Shown here: positions 47,101 to 55,932 of the stretch, piece after piece
Layout: every line of letters starts with the position of its first letter
Numbering within the stretch: position 1 is the first letter of the stretch
Origin: a virus
Direction: 5' to 3' (one strand)
DNA length: 64,000 nucleotides
IMG/VR virus record: IMGVR_UViG_3300021425_003051
Location: 3,019 to 67,018 of that record
Made by a program: the position numbers and the translations under genes
The notes under the pieces: generated by a model
Seen by the model: only the letters and a program-made list of their open reading frames with translations
What the model was told of the DNA's origin: nothing
Database searches by the model: none

Positions 47101-48352
47101 TTATAAAAATGGTGTTAGTCTAGGGGTTGCTTTTAGCGCCTTAGATTGTTCTAAAACTTATTTTCCTTGGGTATTAGAAAATGGTAATGCTAGCACTGGT
47201 GGAAGTATCTGCAACTTCGGACAAAAACCCTTCAAGTTCCCACCACCAGCAGGTTTCCAACCACTGAATGCTGCTAATGTTCGTCCTTCTACTGTGATTG
47301 CACGTCCTGATCAGTATGTTGGTGTGACGACTTATAGTGGCGATTCTTCTTCTAATCGAAAAATTAATCTAAATCTAAAACCAGATTTCGTATGGTTTAA
47401 ATCTAGAACAGCAGCTAACAGTCATGTATTAGTTGATTCTGTAAGAGGTGGTAATAAAGTTTTATATTCTGATCAGTCTGTCGGTGATGTAACTGCATCT
47501 GCTATTTCCTCTTTTGATATTGATGGTATGACCATAAACGACATTGTGGGAGATGGTCGTTCTGTTAACAATAGTGGTAGAGATATTGTTGCCTGGTGCT
47601 GGAAAGCAGGTGGAAACAAAAACACCTTTAATATTGATGATGTAGGTTATGCAACTGCTTCTGCTGCTGGATTAACTGCTGGAACAGAAACCATTGATGG
47701 TGCATCAATTAATACAAAATCTGGGTTTAGTATTATCAAATACACTGCATCTGGTGGAGGGTCTATAGATCACGGTTTAGGAAAAACTCCAGCATTTATA
47801 ATACAAAAAACAACAGGAACTGGTAATTGGAACATATGGCATAGTGCTCTTGGAGGAACTCAATATTTAAATTTCACCACGACAGATGTTCAAACAGATT
47901 CTGGAAATTTTAGTAGTGCTCCAACATCCACAGTTTTTAATATCGGTGGAAATGGTGGTGTTAATGGAACTTGTATTGCATATCTGTGGCACGATGTCCC
48001 TGGCCTACAGAAATTTGGAGAATACTCTGGAAATTTAAGTAGTAATGGTCCGACGATTATAACAGGATTTAGACCGTCAGTCGTAATAATTAAAAGATAC
48101 GATAGTTCTGGTGATCACTGGTTTATTCATGATGCAGAACGAAATAAAACAAATGTTGTTAACGCAAGATTATATCCAAGTTGGGATCAGTATGAATTTA
48201 CAAATGTTGATGCTTTGGATTTCTTGTCAAACGGATTCAAATTGCGAACTAGCGATACTTCATGGAATGCCTCTGGTGGTACATACATCTACGCAGCATG
48301 GGCAGAAGCACCAACATTTAACTTGTATGGTGGACAGTCCAACGCTCGCTAA
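44147..48352 (+). CDS. large fibre/receptor-binding protein with LamG-like and SPRY-like domains
   Basis: Repeated FTxExW/F..WYH.AV.R LamG motifs; GKWYWE...DIIGVALDL SPRY-like motif. Confidence 0.8.
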   Translation: MALRAGFHGTVGQSSAQVVDGSLKFDGSKSQYLARTPSSAGNRRTWTWSAWLKRYKFADDNTYHYLFSTRTSSSNRHHISYNADVADELFTYDNTNSNNKIAQTNAKYRDTGWYHVVVIYDTTNGDGGERLKFFINGVENDDWGSYQTNSENFEGLINSVTEHRLGGEPNAPGYFYGSMSQVYFIDGQALGPGYFGYTDPLTNTWRPKKYTGGFNNPNNGTTWSSDITGTPLNSTVGEAFDGSLATGAQPDSLLTWTPSSTITAQNQIRLYIYQNGYTSQYGTFEQNGTNLATSIASQLGDGVAGWITLPSNTITELKWSRDTGVGSWALRAVEVDGYVLLDGAGDNSFHLPFDGNSPIGQDKSGRGNNWTPVNFGGSNSLEKATGALPILNTDGGGKVARVGTRTDENASSLVLALPLVGISSDVSNQINSGSTTKTVAVTGATASTTRSNLYGGSYYFNGPTNGASAATQYAIVSDSNSEFAFGTNDFTMEFWVWGTDWTGGSSNQDQVIFGHDGSDYAGFYIPAGVFSYYTSSANIPSSNKPTLLDNKWYHVAVSRESGTSRVFLDGVLVGSASDNTNHPTGSIILARNPSNNLNQFNGYIQDVRIYKGVAKYTSNFIPASTDPDILPDTPSGVSGSSKLTKITEGAVAFDGSGDYLSITDNGDFTLDGDFTVECFFNLSTTSGNNAIFGLGPFAGGNNTKVLFRYESSGNFNYYIGSDVLRSRPISKNSWYHLAVVRNSNVVKIFLNGTQVGADISHSATISGNVHIGSGNSGGSEYNTMTGFISNFRIIKGTALYTSDFTPPTRALTDVTNTTLLCCKSPTSATAFDVSPGSITANGNAAATNFNPFNTDINTVRGQESGYCTWNPLTTTTSMLFDGNLLSRYTSGAWKSALGTIGISSGKWYWENQLIDAGIGHMYGIALPTAAADSHNTDIFGVYAYDGTTFAAGAQAQSYASAFSPGDIIGVALDLTPGGTSGTLTYYKNGVSLGVAFSALDCSKTYFPWVLENGNASTGGSICNFGQKPFKFPPPAGFQPLNAANVRPSTVIARPDQYVGVTTYSGDSSSNRKINLNLKPDFVWFKSRTAANSHVLVDSVRGGNKVLYSDQSVGDVTASAISSFDIDGMTINDIVGDGRSVNNSGRDIVAWCWKAGGNKNTFNIDDVGYATASAAGLTAGTETIDGASINTKSGFSIIKYTASGGGSIDHGLGKTPAFIIQKTTGTGNWNIWHSALGGTQYLNFTTTDVQTDSGNFSSAPTSTVFNIGGNGGVNGTCIAYLWHDVPGLQKFGEYSGNLSSNGPTIITGFRPSVVIIKRYDSSGDHWFIHDAERNKTNVVNARLYPSWDQYEFTNVDALDFLSNGFKLRTSDTSWNASGGTYIYAAWAEAPTFNLYGGQSNAR

Positions 48353-48392
48353 ATACTCAAGACTGGATAAATAGAAAAAAGTAGTATCGGTA

Positions 48393-49142
48393 ATGGCAAT
48401 TAATTTTCCCGATAGTCCTGGTATTGGAAGTGTATTTACAGATACAACTTCGGGGTTTTCTTATGAGTGGACTGGAACCTTATGGAAGAGTTACTCCGCA
48501 AATACAGTATCAAACATACAAATTCTTGATGACATTAGTGGGAGTTTTGATAGTATTGAAACCATTTTCAATCTGACGGTTTCTGGTTCTGCAGTAACAC
48601 CAGCCAGTGCTCAACAGATTGAAGTTATTCTTGGTGGTATTCAACAATCTCCAGGAGTTGATTATACAATTTCTGGAACAACTGTTGTATTCACGACAGC
48701 ACCCACCAATGGACTCACATTTTCTGGTAAATTATTAGGAACTGCATTATCGTTAAATACGATTGCTGATGGATCATCTGGATCTGGATTAATTGGTGTA
48801 AGTACCAACTTTGTTTCTGCAATTGGAATCCAATCTGGTGGAACAGCAATCGGTTCTGGTATTACCCAACTTAACTTTGTTGGAACTGGTAATACTTTTG
48901 CAGTTAATGGGACAACTGTTGATATCAGCATTCAAGGTGGTGGTGGAGGAGGTGCTGGTGTCTCATCTACTGGTATTTTAACTTGTAGAGGAATTGCAAA
49001 TGCTGATGACATCACCGAAAGTATAACACTTGATGATTTTTATGGTGCTGGAACCAACTATGCAATGGTTGGACCAATTACAGTTGTTGGTGGTGGAACC
49101 ACTGTGACTGTAGGATCTGGTGTTTCTTATGTAATCGTCTAA
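48393..49142 (+). CDS. fibre protein (cassette B anchor)
   Basis: MAINFPDSP start; GI.SGGT.IGSGIT.LNF.GTG and C-terminal NYAMVGP shared with 36623-38053. Confidence 0.75.
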   Translation: MAINFPDSPGIGSVFTDTTSGFSYEWTGTLWKSYSANTVSNIQILDDISGSFDSIETIFNLTVSGSAVTPASAQQIEVILGGIQQSPGVDYTISGTTVVFTTAPTNGLTFSGKLLGTALSLNTIADGSSGSGLIGVSTNFVSAIGIQSGGTAIGSGITQLNFVGTGNTFAVNGTTVDISIQGGGGGGAGVSSTGILTCRGIANADDITESITLDDFYGAGTNYAMVGPITVVGGGTTVTVGSGVSYVIV

Positions 49143-49156
49143 GGGAGATTAATCTA

Positions 49157-49444
49157 ATGTCATCACTAAGAGTTAACAAAATTATAAATGAAGCAGGAAC
49201 TGGACCTGTAGAATTTAGTAAAGGAGTTACGTTCCCAGCTGGAGCTCCTATTCCTGAGTCAAATATGACCATAAATACCACTGGTATCGTCACAACTTCT
49301 GATATTTTCATAAATGATAACATTAACGTTGTTGGCACAATGACTGCTAGAGATGGTGGTAAATTTATTGGTAATGGATTTAACATTACAAATCCTCCAG
49401 GAACTCCATCAGGAAAAGTCATTGGACTCTATCTAATCAGTTAA
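49157..49444 (+). CDS. mini fibre-segment paralogue B1
   Basis: MSSLRVNKIINEAGTGPVEFSKGVT, nearly the same N-terminus as A1. Confidence 0.75.
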   Translation: MSSLRVNKIINEAGTGPVEFSKGVTFPAGAPIPESNMTINTTGIVTTSDIFINDNINVVGTMTARDGGKFIGNGFNITNPPGTPSGKVIGLYLIS

Positions 49445-49452
49445 AAACTATT

Positions 49453-49728
49453 ATGGCATCTCAAGTTAGAGTAGATCAAATAACGAATCTCAATGGCGAT
49501 GGGGCTACGGAGTTAGTCCATGGAGCAACAATCCCATCGGGACAACCGTTTAACATAGGTGGAAACTTAAATATTACTGGAGTCACTACAGTTGGATTCC
49601 TAACAGCACAAAATGTCACTGTTGGTGTCATTACTGCAAACAAATTCGTTGGTGATGGTTCTGGTCTCACTGGACTTCAAGTTTTGGGCGAAGCTAAAGC
49701 GGTCGCATTCGCTTACTTACAGGGATAG
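49453..49728 (+). CDS. mini fibre-segment paralogue B2
   Basis: VRVDQITN..DGA..PSGQ..FVGDGSGLT..KAVAFAY. Confidence 0.75.
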   Translation: MASQVRVDQITNLNGDGATELVHGATIPSGQPFNIGGNLNITGVTTVGFLTAQNVTVGVITANKFVGDGSGLTGLQVLGEAKAVAFAYLQG

Positions 49729-49739
49729 GTATCTAATCA

Positions 49740-50030
49740 ATGGCAAGACTCAGAGTTGACTCTATTAGAAACAGAAATGATGATGGACCACCATCTCTAT
49801 TTAAAGGTGCTTCAATTCCATCAGGTGGGACTCTTGGTGTTAGTGGTGATATATCCGTAATTGGAGTCTCTACAGTTGGATTTTTGACAGCACAACATGT
49901 TACTGTTGGTGTTGTTACTGCAACCTCTTTTGTTGGTGACGGTTCTGCTTTAACGTCTTTACAAACTACAAGTGCATCAAAAGCTTATGCACTTAGAAGT
50001 CTCTTAGATCCTTTACCATTCCGATCATGA
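49740..50030 (+). CDS. mini fibre-segment paralogue B3
   Basis: LRVDSIRN.NDDGP..TVGFLTAQHVTVG..SKAYAL. Confidence 0.75.
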   Translation: MARLRVDSIRNRNDDGPPSLFKGASIPSGGTLGVSGDISVIGVSTVGFLTAQHVTVGVVTATSFVGDGSALTSLQTTSASKAYALRSLLDPLPFRS

Positions 50031-50317
50031 GTTTTAATGTTAGAGTAGACTCTCTTACAAATAAAGACAATAATGGTCCAATAGAAGTTCCTTCTGGACT
50101 TTCTGTGGATTCTGGTGAACTTGCTGCCAATGGAAAAATAGACATCACAGGATTCACTACAGTTGGATTTCTAACAGCACAACACGTCACAGTAGGTATC
50201 ATAACTGCAACAACACTTGTCGGTGACGGATCTGAACTGACAAATCTTCCTACAGTGACACCATCCAAATCAATCGCTCTAAAATTACTTCTTTCAGATC
50301 CTCCTCTCAGATCCTAA
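50027..50317 (+). CDS. mini fibre-segment paralogue B4
   Basis: VRVDSLTN..NGP..TVGFLTAQHVTVG..SKSIAL. Confidence 0.75.
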   Translation: MSFNVRVDSLTNKDNNGPIEVPSGLSVDSGELAANGKIDITGFTTVGFLTAQHVTVGIITATTLVGDGSELTNLPTVTPSKSIALKLLLSDPPLRS

Positions 50318-50327
50318 GACTAAAGAT

Positions 50328-50335
50328 TATAAATA
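50328..50335 (+). promoter_or_regulatory. late promoter TATAAATA
   Basis: Exact consensus at the position equivalent to 38793-38800. Confidence 0.7.
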
Positions 50336-50365
50336 AATATACTTAAGAACTCAACATTATAAAAA

Positions 50366-50743
50366 ATGGCTGCTCCGAACATTGTAGGTGTAACAACCAT
50401 TACTGGAATTACTACCTTTGTAAGTTTAACCACAACTGATGCTACTAACATCGTTAGTAATCCAGCAGATAGTGGTGCGGTTTATAAAATTAACACTATA
50501 ATCGCTGCCAATATTGATGGTACGTCCACTGCTAATATCACCGTCAAAATTCATGATGCAGCCGCTGGAGCTGGATCATCTGTTCCAATCGCAAACACCA
50601 TTGATGTAGTAGCAGATTCCACTTTGGTTGTTCTTGACAAAGCATCAGCAATTTATCTTGAAGAAAACAGATCAATCAGTGCGACAGCATCAGCTGCTGA
50701 TGATTTGGCAATAACATGTTCATATGAAGAAGTTTCTGACTGA
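50366..50743 (+). CDS. small beta-rich virion protein (MAAPNIVG family, copy B)
   Basis: Paralogous to 38833-39207 (DKAS.IYLEE...CSYEE). Confidence 0.75.
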   Translation: MAAPNIVGVTTITGITTFVSLTTTDATNIVSNPADSGAVYKINTIIAANIDGTSTANITVKIHDAAAGAGSSVPIANTIDVVADSTLVVLDKASAIYLEENRSISATASAADDLAITCSYEEVSD

Positions 50744-50760
50744 TAAGGAGTTTAACTAAA

Positions 50761-51363
50761 ATGGCAGATCCAACAGCATTATACTCCTATAAAGGAGATT
50801 CACCAACCACTCTTCCTCACAAAATTAGGTTGAGTGATGGAAGAGTTCGTACAGATGTTTCTTCTTTTTCTGATGAAGAAATTGCAGATGCGGGATACAC
50901 TGGACCTTATACAGTCCCCAGTTTTAACGAAGCAAGTCAGAGAGTTACTTGGAATTCTTCTGATTTAGAGTATGTTGTGGCAGACATTCCCGACTCGGAG
51001 TTGTGGGCTTCAATTCGTGCCAAAAGAAATCAACTTTTGAGTGAATGTGATTGGGTAATGTGTTCTGATACTCCAGGTGAGACATCAAAGAACAATATAA
51101 AAGAATGGGAGAAATATCGTCAGAGATTAAGAGATTTGACTAAGGATCAAACAGATCCTTCATCAATTTCATGGCCACTTTCACCAACTGCTGAAGGTGT
51201 GATATTTGATGCAACCCCTGTCGAAGAACTTAAACTGAGACATAGAGTTGAAGATTTGGAATCAAAAATAGTATCCTTACAGGAGGCTATAGAAGATGTT
51301 AGAGTACCAGTTAGTAGACTTGAAACAGTAGAGACAAAGGTCGCAGCTTTAGAAGCAAAGTAA
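50761..51363 (+). CDS. tail fibre assembly chaperone-like protein (copy B) with coiled-coil tail
   Basis: LYSYKG..LP.K.RLSDG..RTD shared with copy A; RNQLLSECDW...YRQRLRD. Confidence 0.75.
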   Translation: MADPTALYSYKGDSPTTLPHKIRLSDGRVRTDVSSFSDEEIADAGYTGPYTVPSFNEASQRVTWNSSDLEYVVADIPDSELWASIRAKRNQLLSECDWVMCSDTPGETSKNNIKEWEKYRQRLRDLTKDQTDPSSISWPLSPTAEGVIFDATPVEELKLRHRVEDLESKIVSLQEAIEDVRVPVSRLETVETKVAALEAK

Positions 51364-51384
51364 ATTTTAATTAAAGGGGTAAAC

Positions 51385-52095
51385 ATGGCACCTTTTAGAC
51401 CATCAAATTTAAATAAAAGAGCATATCCAGGCAATGCTAGTGTGATAGGTCCTACAGCCACAACAACTTGTTCTGCTACCACGACATGTTGCTGTGAAAC
51501 TAGAACTTGTAAGGATGCTTGTCAAGACTACCCCCTAAACTTAGGGTGTAGATGTTGTTGTTGTGGTTGCCCCTGTTGTCAAATCAATACATGTTGTGAG
51601 TGTACTGTTTGTACCAGAACCCAATCAAAGGGTATGTGGAAGACCTCTGAGGTTTATACAGCAAGAGAAGCTGATGAATGGGGAGATACTACATCTTCAA
51701 ATACTCCAGAGGGTATAGTCAATACAGTTGGAACTGGAGTAACTGACATTACTGTTCAGAAAGACTTTAAGGGTTTCTATATCAAATCCAATTGTTCCTT
51801 TGTTTCTCCAAATGCTTATCAGGTAAACTCAAACTGGCACGATAGAAACAACGCTGTTACCTGTTCTAATACTTTGGTCAACTGTAGTTGGTTTGTCGGT
51901 TCATGTGATTGGTACAAGCAGATCGGATCACCATGTAGGACTTACTGGGACCAATATTCTAGTTCATATTGGACAGATACAGAAGCAAATGGTCAATGGG
52001 CTTATGTTATCAACATGAATAATGCCACTGCCAACAATTATGCTAACTATAAGACTAGAGGTAAAACCGTAAGAGCTGCTAGAAGCACCAGATAA
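51385..52095 (+). CDS. cysteine-rich protein with C-terminal Lcl/DUF1566-like lectin motif
   Basis: CCCETRTC...GCRCCCCGCPCC...CCECTVC; YWTDTE...AYVINM...K...VRAAR. Confidence 0.7.
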   Translation: MAPFRPSNLNKRAYPGNASVIGPTATTTCSATTTCCCETRTCKDACQDYPLNLGCRCCCCGCPCCQINTCCECTVCTRTQSKGMWKTSEVYTAREADEWGDTTSSNTPEGIVNTVGTGVTDITVQKDFKGFYIKSNCSFVSPNAYQVNSNWHDRNNAVTCSNTLVNCSWFVGSCDWYKQIGSPCRTYWDQYSSSYWTDTEANGQWAYVINMNNATANNYANYKTRGKTVRAARSTR

Positions 52096-52132
52096 TTAAA
52101 CATATAGATATATAAAATTCTTTGTTATTTTT

Positions 52133-52741
52133 ATGAATCATATTGATATCTTTACAACTGCATTGTTTCAATCCACATATACTAATTTTGACTCTGATAA
52201 AGAAAAGATCTTAAAGTCAGTTGATGAATACCTGAAGGAAAATCCCACCTCGGTTTTAAAATCCAATACCCAGGGTTATGGATTTCATTCGGAAGAAAAT
52301 ATTCACTCTTGTCCTGATTTGCAAGATTTGTTCAATGAGATATGTGGACTGTGTGTTTCCTATGCAAAGTTATTAGACTTAGATGTTGAACATAAAATAC
52401 CAGCAATAACTAGTTCATGGGCTAATATTGCTGATAATAGAATGTCATCTCATGCTATTCATGTTCATGAAGGTGTCATAAGTGGAAGTGTATATCTAGA
52501 AGTTCCAGAAAATAGTGGTCAAATTGTATTTCATAATTATTCAATAAATCCTTTATGGATGGGAAATTATCTTGCAAAGAATAAAAATCAATACACTGGT
52601 CAGAGTCTCAAAGTAGATCCAAAAGAGGGTGAGATAGTCATGTGGCCTTCCTATCTTCCACATTCGGTTGAACAGAACAATCATGATGACAAAAGGATAA
52701 GTATATCATTTAATTGTATTTTCTTTGATAAACCAGAATGA
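52133..52741 (+). CDS. 2OG-Fe(II) oxygenase-like protein
   Basis: HVH, SGSVYL, WPSYLPHSV, RISISFN. Confidence 0.82.
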   Translation: MNHIDIFTTALFQSTYTNFDSDKEKILKSVDEYLKENPTSVLKSNTQGYGFHSEENIHSCPDLQDLFNEICGLCVSYAKLLDLDVEHKIPAITSSWANIADNRMSSHAIHVHEGVISGSVYLEVPENSGQIVFHNYSINPLWMGNYLAKNKNQYTGQSLKVDPKEGEIVMWPSYLPHSVEQNNHDDKRISISFNCIFFDKPE

Positions 52742-53283
52742 ATAAACCTGATAGTTTTTATAAGATAGGTAATCTTAGAGACAGCGAATTAACTGATCAA
52801 ATAAAATTTGTTGAAGGATTGTCTTTTGATGTTGATAATTATTATGATGAGTCCTATAATAGGACTGAACATTTCCCACAGTGTGTATCTCATGCGATTA
52901 TAGATCAATTCAATCCTGTGAGTGATGACTCCATGAAATTTACATTTTCCATTCCTTACCTGATTAAGGCACTGAGGGATGAATATGGACCAGGTAAATT
53001 TTGGAAAGCTTTTTATGCGAAACTACCTAGTGGGGGAAAGATACTAGAACACTATGATGGAGGTCTTGGGTTCACTTTGAGTCATAGAATTCATGTTCCA
53101 ATCAAAACAAATAAAAATGTTTTATTCTCTGTAGATGGCGAGAAGAGAGAATTAAACCAAGGGGAAATAATTGAAATTAATAATCTCAAAGATCATTTTG
53201 TTGAAAATGATGATCCAAACGAGGATAGAATACATTTGATTATGGATTTCGTCACTGTAGAGTATATGCACATGATACGATGA
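52738..53283 (+). CDS. aspartyl/asparaginyl beta-hydroxylase-like oxygenase
   Basis: HYD, RIHVPIKTN, EINN..H.V.N, RIHLIMD. Confidence 0.8.
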   Translation: MNKPDSFYKIGNLRDSELTDQIKFVEGLSFDVDNYYDESYNRTEHFPQCVSHAIIDQFNPVSDDSMKFTFSIPYLIKALRDEYGPGKFWKAFYAKLPSGGKILEHYDGGLGFTLSHRIHVPIKTNKNVLFSVDGEKRELNQGEIIEINNLKDHFVENDDPNEDRIHLIMDFVTVEYMHMIR

Positions 53284-53993
53284 AAAAGGCACTCGTTACC
53301 TTTGATATAGACTATGATAAAAGAATCACAGATATAACTATTCCTTTTATGGAAAGTTATTCCAAAAAGATTGGTGCAGAATTCATAGTCATAAAAGAGA
53401 AAAAAATAAATCAACCAGTGATCTGTGAAAAGTTTCAACTTTATGAACTATCAAAAGATTACGATTGGACAATTTGTATCGATTGTGACGCCATAATTCA
53501 CCCGAATTGCCCTGATTTTACTGAACTTGTTGGAAAAGAAACTGTCATATTCAATTCTATAGATTTCTATCCCATAAGATTCAAACACAATAATTACACT
53601 AGAAGAGATGGAAGAAACATAGGTGCCTCTCCCTGGTTGACAATTTTTAGTGATTGGAATAGACACTTATGGGAACCATATGATAATCCAGAACAATATG
53701 TAAGTGACATCAACCTAACTATGAGGGAGAAGAACTTTGGATATAGACCAGAACACATATTGTCAGATTATTTGGTTAGTAGAAATATTGCAAAGTATGG
53801 ATTAAAGGTTAAAACAATTTTTCAAGATCTCCTAAATGATTTCCCATCTCATCCCAATAGAGGAATTCCTCTCTTCTTTTTACATGAGTATTGTATAACA
53901 CAAGATCAAAAGGTAGATTTTCTAAATTTTTGGAAAGATAAGATAGAATCATCATCACACTTTTATGATAACCAAATCAACAAATTGACATGA
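53280..53993 (+). CDS. glycosyltransferase-like protein (GT-A, DxD)
   Basis: KIGAEFIVI, EKFQLYE, IDCDAII. Confidence 0.6.
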   Translation: MKKALVTFDIDYDKRITDITIPFMESYSKKIGAEFIVIKEKKINQPVICEKFQLYELSKDYDWTICIDCDAIIHPNCPDFTELVGKETVIFNSIDFYPIRFKHNNYTRRDGRNIGASPWLTIFSDWNRHLWEPYDNPEQYVSDINLTMREKNFGYRPEHILSDYLVSRNIAKYGLKVKTIFQDLLNDFPSHPNRGIPLFFLHEYCITQDQKVDFLNFWKDKIESSSHFYDNQINKLT

Positions 53994-54766
53994 AACAATA
54001 TTATTTTATTTCTGGTCTCCCAAGATCTGGTTCTACTCTACTATCATCAATATTAAGACAAAATCCAAAGTTTCATGCTGATATATCTTCATCATTGGAA
54101 CCTATCCTGTCGAATTGTGTGGAGACATTGAGTTGTACTGACAGTGATGGATTCATTGAAGTAGAACAAAGAAAAAATACATTAAAATTCATGGTTGATG
54201 GGTATTATCATCACATAAAAGAACCAATAATTTTTGATACCAATAGATCATGGACCAGTAAAACATTTTTTCTTAAAACAATTTTTCCTCAAACAAAAAT
54301 AATTTGTTGTGTCAGGGACATCGTTTCTATTTTGAATTCAATTGAATTAATTCAGGGGAAAAACAGTCTTTACAAAAATTGGATGGTTGATGACGAATCA
54401 AGTGTGAATGTGTTTACTAGGTGTGAGTCATTGATGAGAGACACTGGGCTTGTTGGTTCGGCTCTAAAGTTTTTGATGGAGGGTTATTGTTCCAATCCTG
54501 AGATGATATATATTTGTGATTACAAGACTTTTTGTGAAGATCCAGAAAAAATGATGAGAGGAATATATCAATTTTTAAATATTGAATATTATTCAAATCA
54601 TGATTTTGACAATGTAGAGTATTCTAAGAAGTCTTTTGATTCATTTGTTGGATTGTGTGATCTTCACAAAACCAGAAAGAAAGTCTCCTACGATCCACCA
54701 AAATGCATTTTACCTCCTATGTTGGTTGACAAATATAAAGAATTGGAGTTTTGGCAATGGAAATAA
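53990..54766 (+). CDS. sulfotransferase family protein
   Basis: ISGLPRSGSTLL PAPS-binding loop, KIICCVRD...S. Confidence 0.82.
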   Translation: MKQYYFISGLPRSGSTLLSSILRQNPKFHADISSSLEPILSNCVETLSCTDSDGFIEVEQRKNTLKFMVDGYYHHIKEPIIFDTNRSWTSKTFFLKTIFPQTKIICCVRDIVSILNSIELIQGKNSLYKNWMVDDESSVNVFTRCESLMRDTGLVGSALKFLMEGYCSNPEMIYICDYKTFCEDPEKMMRGIYQFLNIEYYSNHDFDNVEYSKKSFDSFVGLCDLHKTRKKVSYDPPKCILPPMLVDKYKELEFWQWK

Positions 54767-55299
54767 AATTATTCGTACATATTCCCAAGACGGCTGGACA
54801 ATCCGTATTTGACTGTATAGATGATAAATGGAATAGATCTTTTCCAATGAAACATGATCCATATTTCCATTTACAAAGAATAAATGAAATAGGTCCAGAG
54901 GTTTATAAGTTTTGTGTGATCAGAAATCCATATAGAAGAACTTTTAGTTACTTCAGACACTGGATAAGACAAGTCGGTGGTGGTGAACAACCTTTTGAAT
55001 ATTTCCTCGGACAAATTAAAAATAAAGTATTTTATGAGAGAACACCAATGTATTCATATCCCCAATCACTTTATGTTTTAGATACTGATGGTGAGATTGG
55101 AAGAGATTTGAATATCTTTAGATTTGAAAAGTTAGAAGAGTTAGAAGACAGAATAAAAATAAAATTACCACATAAAAATGTCGGTGATTACACAGATGAG
55201 GATTATTATAAGGCTTACACTGAAAAAAACATATCAATGGTACAAAAACTTTTCAAAGTCGATTTTGATAATTTTAATTATGAGATAGATTTTAAATGA
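54757..55299 (+). CDS. sulfotransferase family 2 protein
   Basis: FVHIPKTAGQS, IRNPY.R..SY. Confidence 0.8.
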   Translation: MEIKLFVHIPKTAGQSVFDCIDDKWNRSFPMKHDPYFHLQRINEIGPEVYKFCVIRNPYRRTFSYFRHWIRQVGGGEQPFEYFLGQIKNKVFYERTPMYSYPQSLYVLDTDGEIGRDLNIFRFEKLEELEDRIKIKLPHKNVGDYTDEDYYKAYTEKNISMVQKLFKVDFDNFNYEIDFK

Positions 55300-55931
55300 A
55301 AATTGTTTATGTAGAGGAACCCTTTTTTCATATCATAGTAGAAGAGACATTTTCTGGTCTAGATTCAATTTTTAATGAAGTAGACGTGGTGAAGGGCGAA
55401 TTAAAGGATCCACGACATACAGGTGGGGCTCTGTCTGTGACAGGGGAGAACAGAAAGAAAAGCAAAGGATTGTTTCTAAATGAACGTAAAGAATATCAGT
55501 ATTTGAAGCTAGTTTCTGGTATCAATGAAGCTTTACAAAGATTAAAACGTTCAATAGTATGGAAGAATCAAACCCTTTATCGATTGTATGAAAAAACTAT
55601 TTGGACGGGTTTCTTACTGAATCATTATGAGCGTGATGATTATTATCTACCACATACTGATGATGGATTGTTCACATTTATCACCTTTCTCTTTGATGAT
55701 TATGACAATCGTGTAGGTGGAGATTTATATTTTCCAGAGTACGATTACTTACACAAATGTAAAAACAATCAATCAATTTTATTTCTTTCTAGTGAAGTGC
55801 ATGGGGTAACAACTTTTGAATCTAAAAATAATAGATATAGCATTTCTACATTTTCAACTCTGTGGAGAAGATTCCAAGATCCTCCACTAAATAACAAAAA
55901 TATCGATCCTTTAAAAATAACTTATAATTAA
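55296..55931 (+). CDS. 2OG-Fe(II) oxygenase
   Basis: YYLPHTD, GGDLYF, HGVT, RYSIS. Confidence 0.8.
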   Translation: MKIVYVEEPFFHIIVEETFSGLDSIFNEVDVVKGELKDPRHTGGALSVTGENRKKSKGLFLNERKEYQYLKLVSGINEALQRLKRSIVWKNQTLYRLYEKTIWTGFLLNHYERDDYYLPHTDDGLFTFITFLFDDYDNRVGGDLYFPEYDYLHKCKNNQSILFLSSEVHGVTTFESKNNRYSISTFSTLWRRFQDPPLNNKNIDPLKITYN

Positions 55932-55932
55932 A

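Noticed and set aside
38066-50317. Mini fibre ORFs as fragments of a decayed long fibre gene
   Set aside because: Each has its own start and paralogous N- and C-termini, and the arrangement recurs in both cassettes
51385-52095. Diversity-generating retroelement target (Lcl-like C-terminus)
   Set aside because: No reverse transcriptase and no adenine-variant template repeat found in this window
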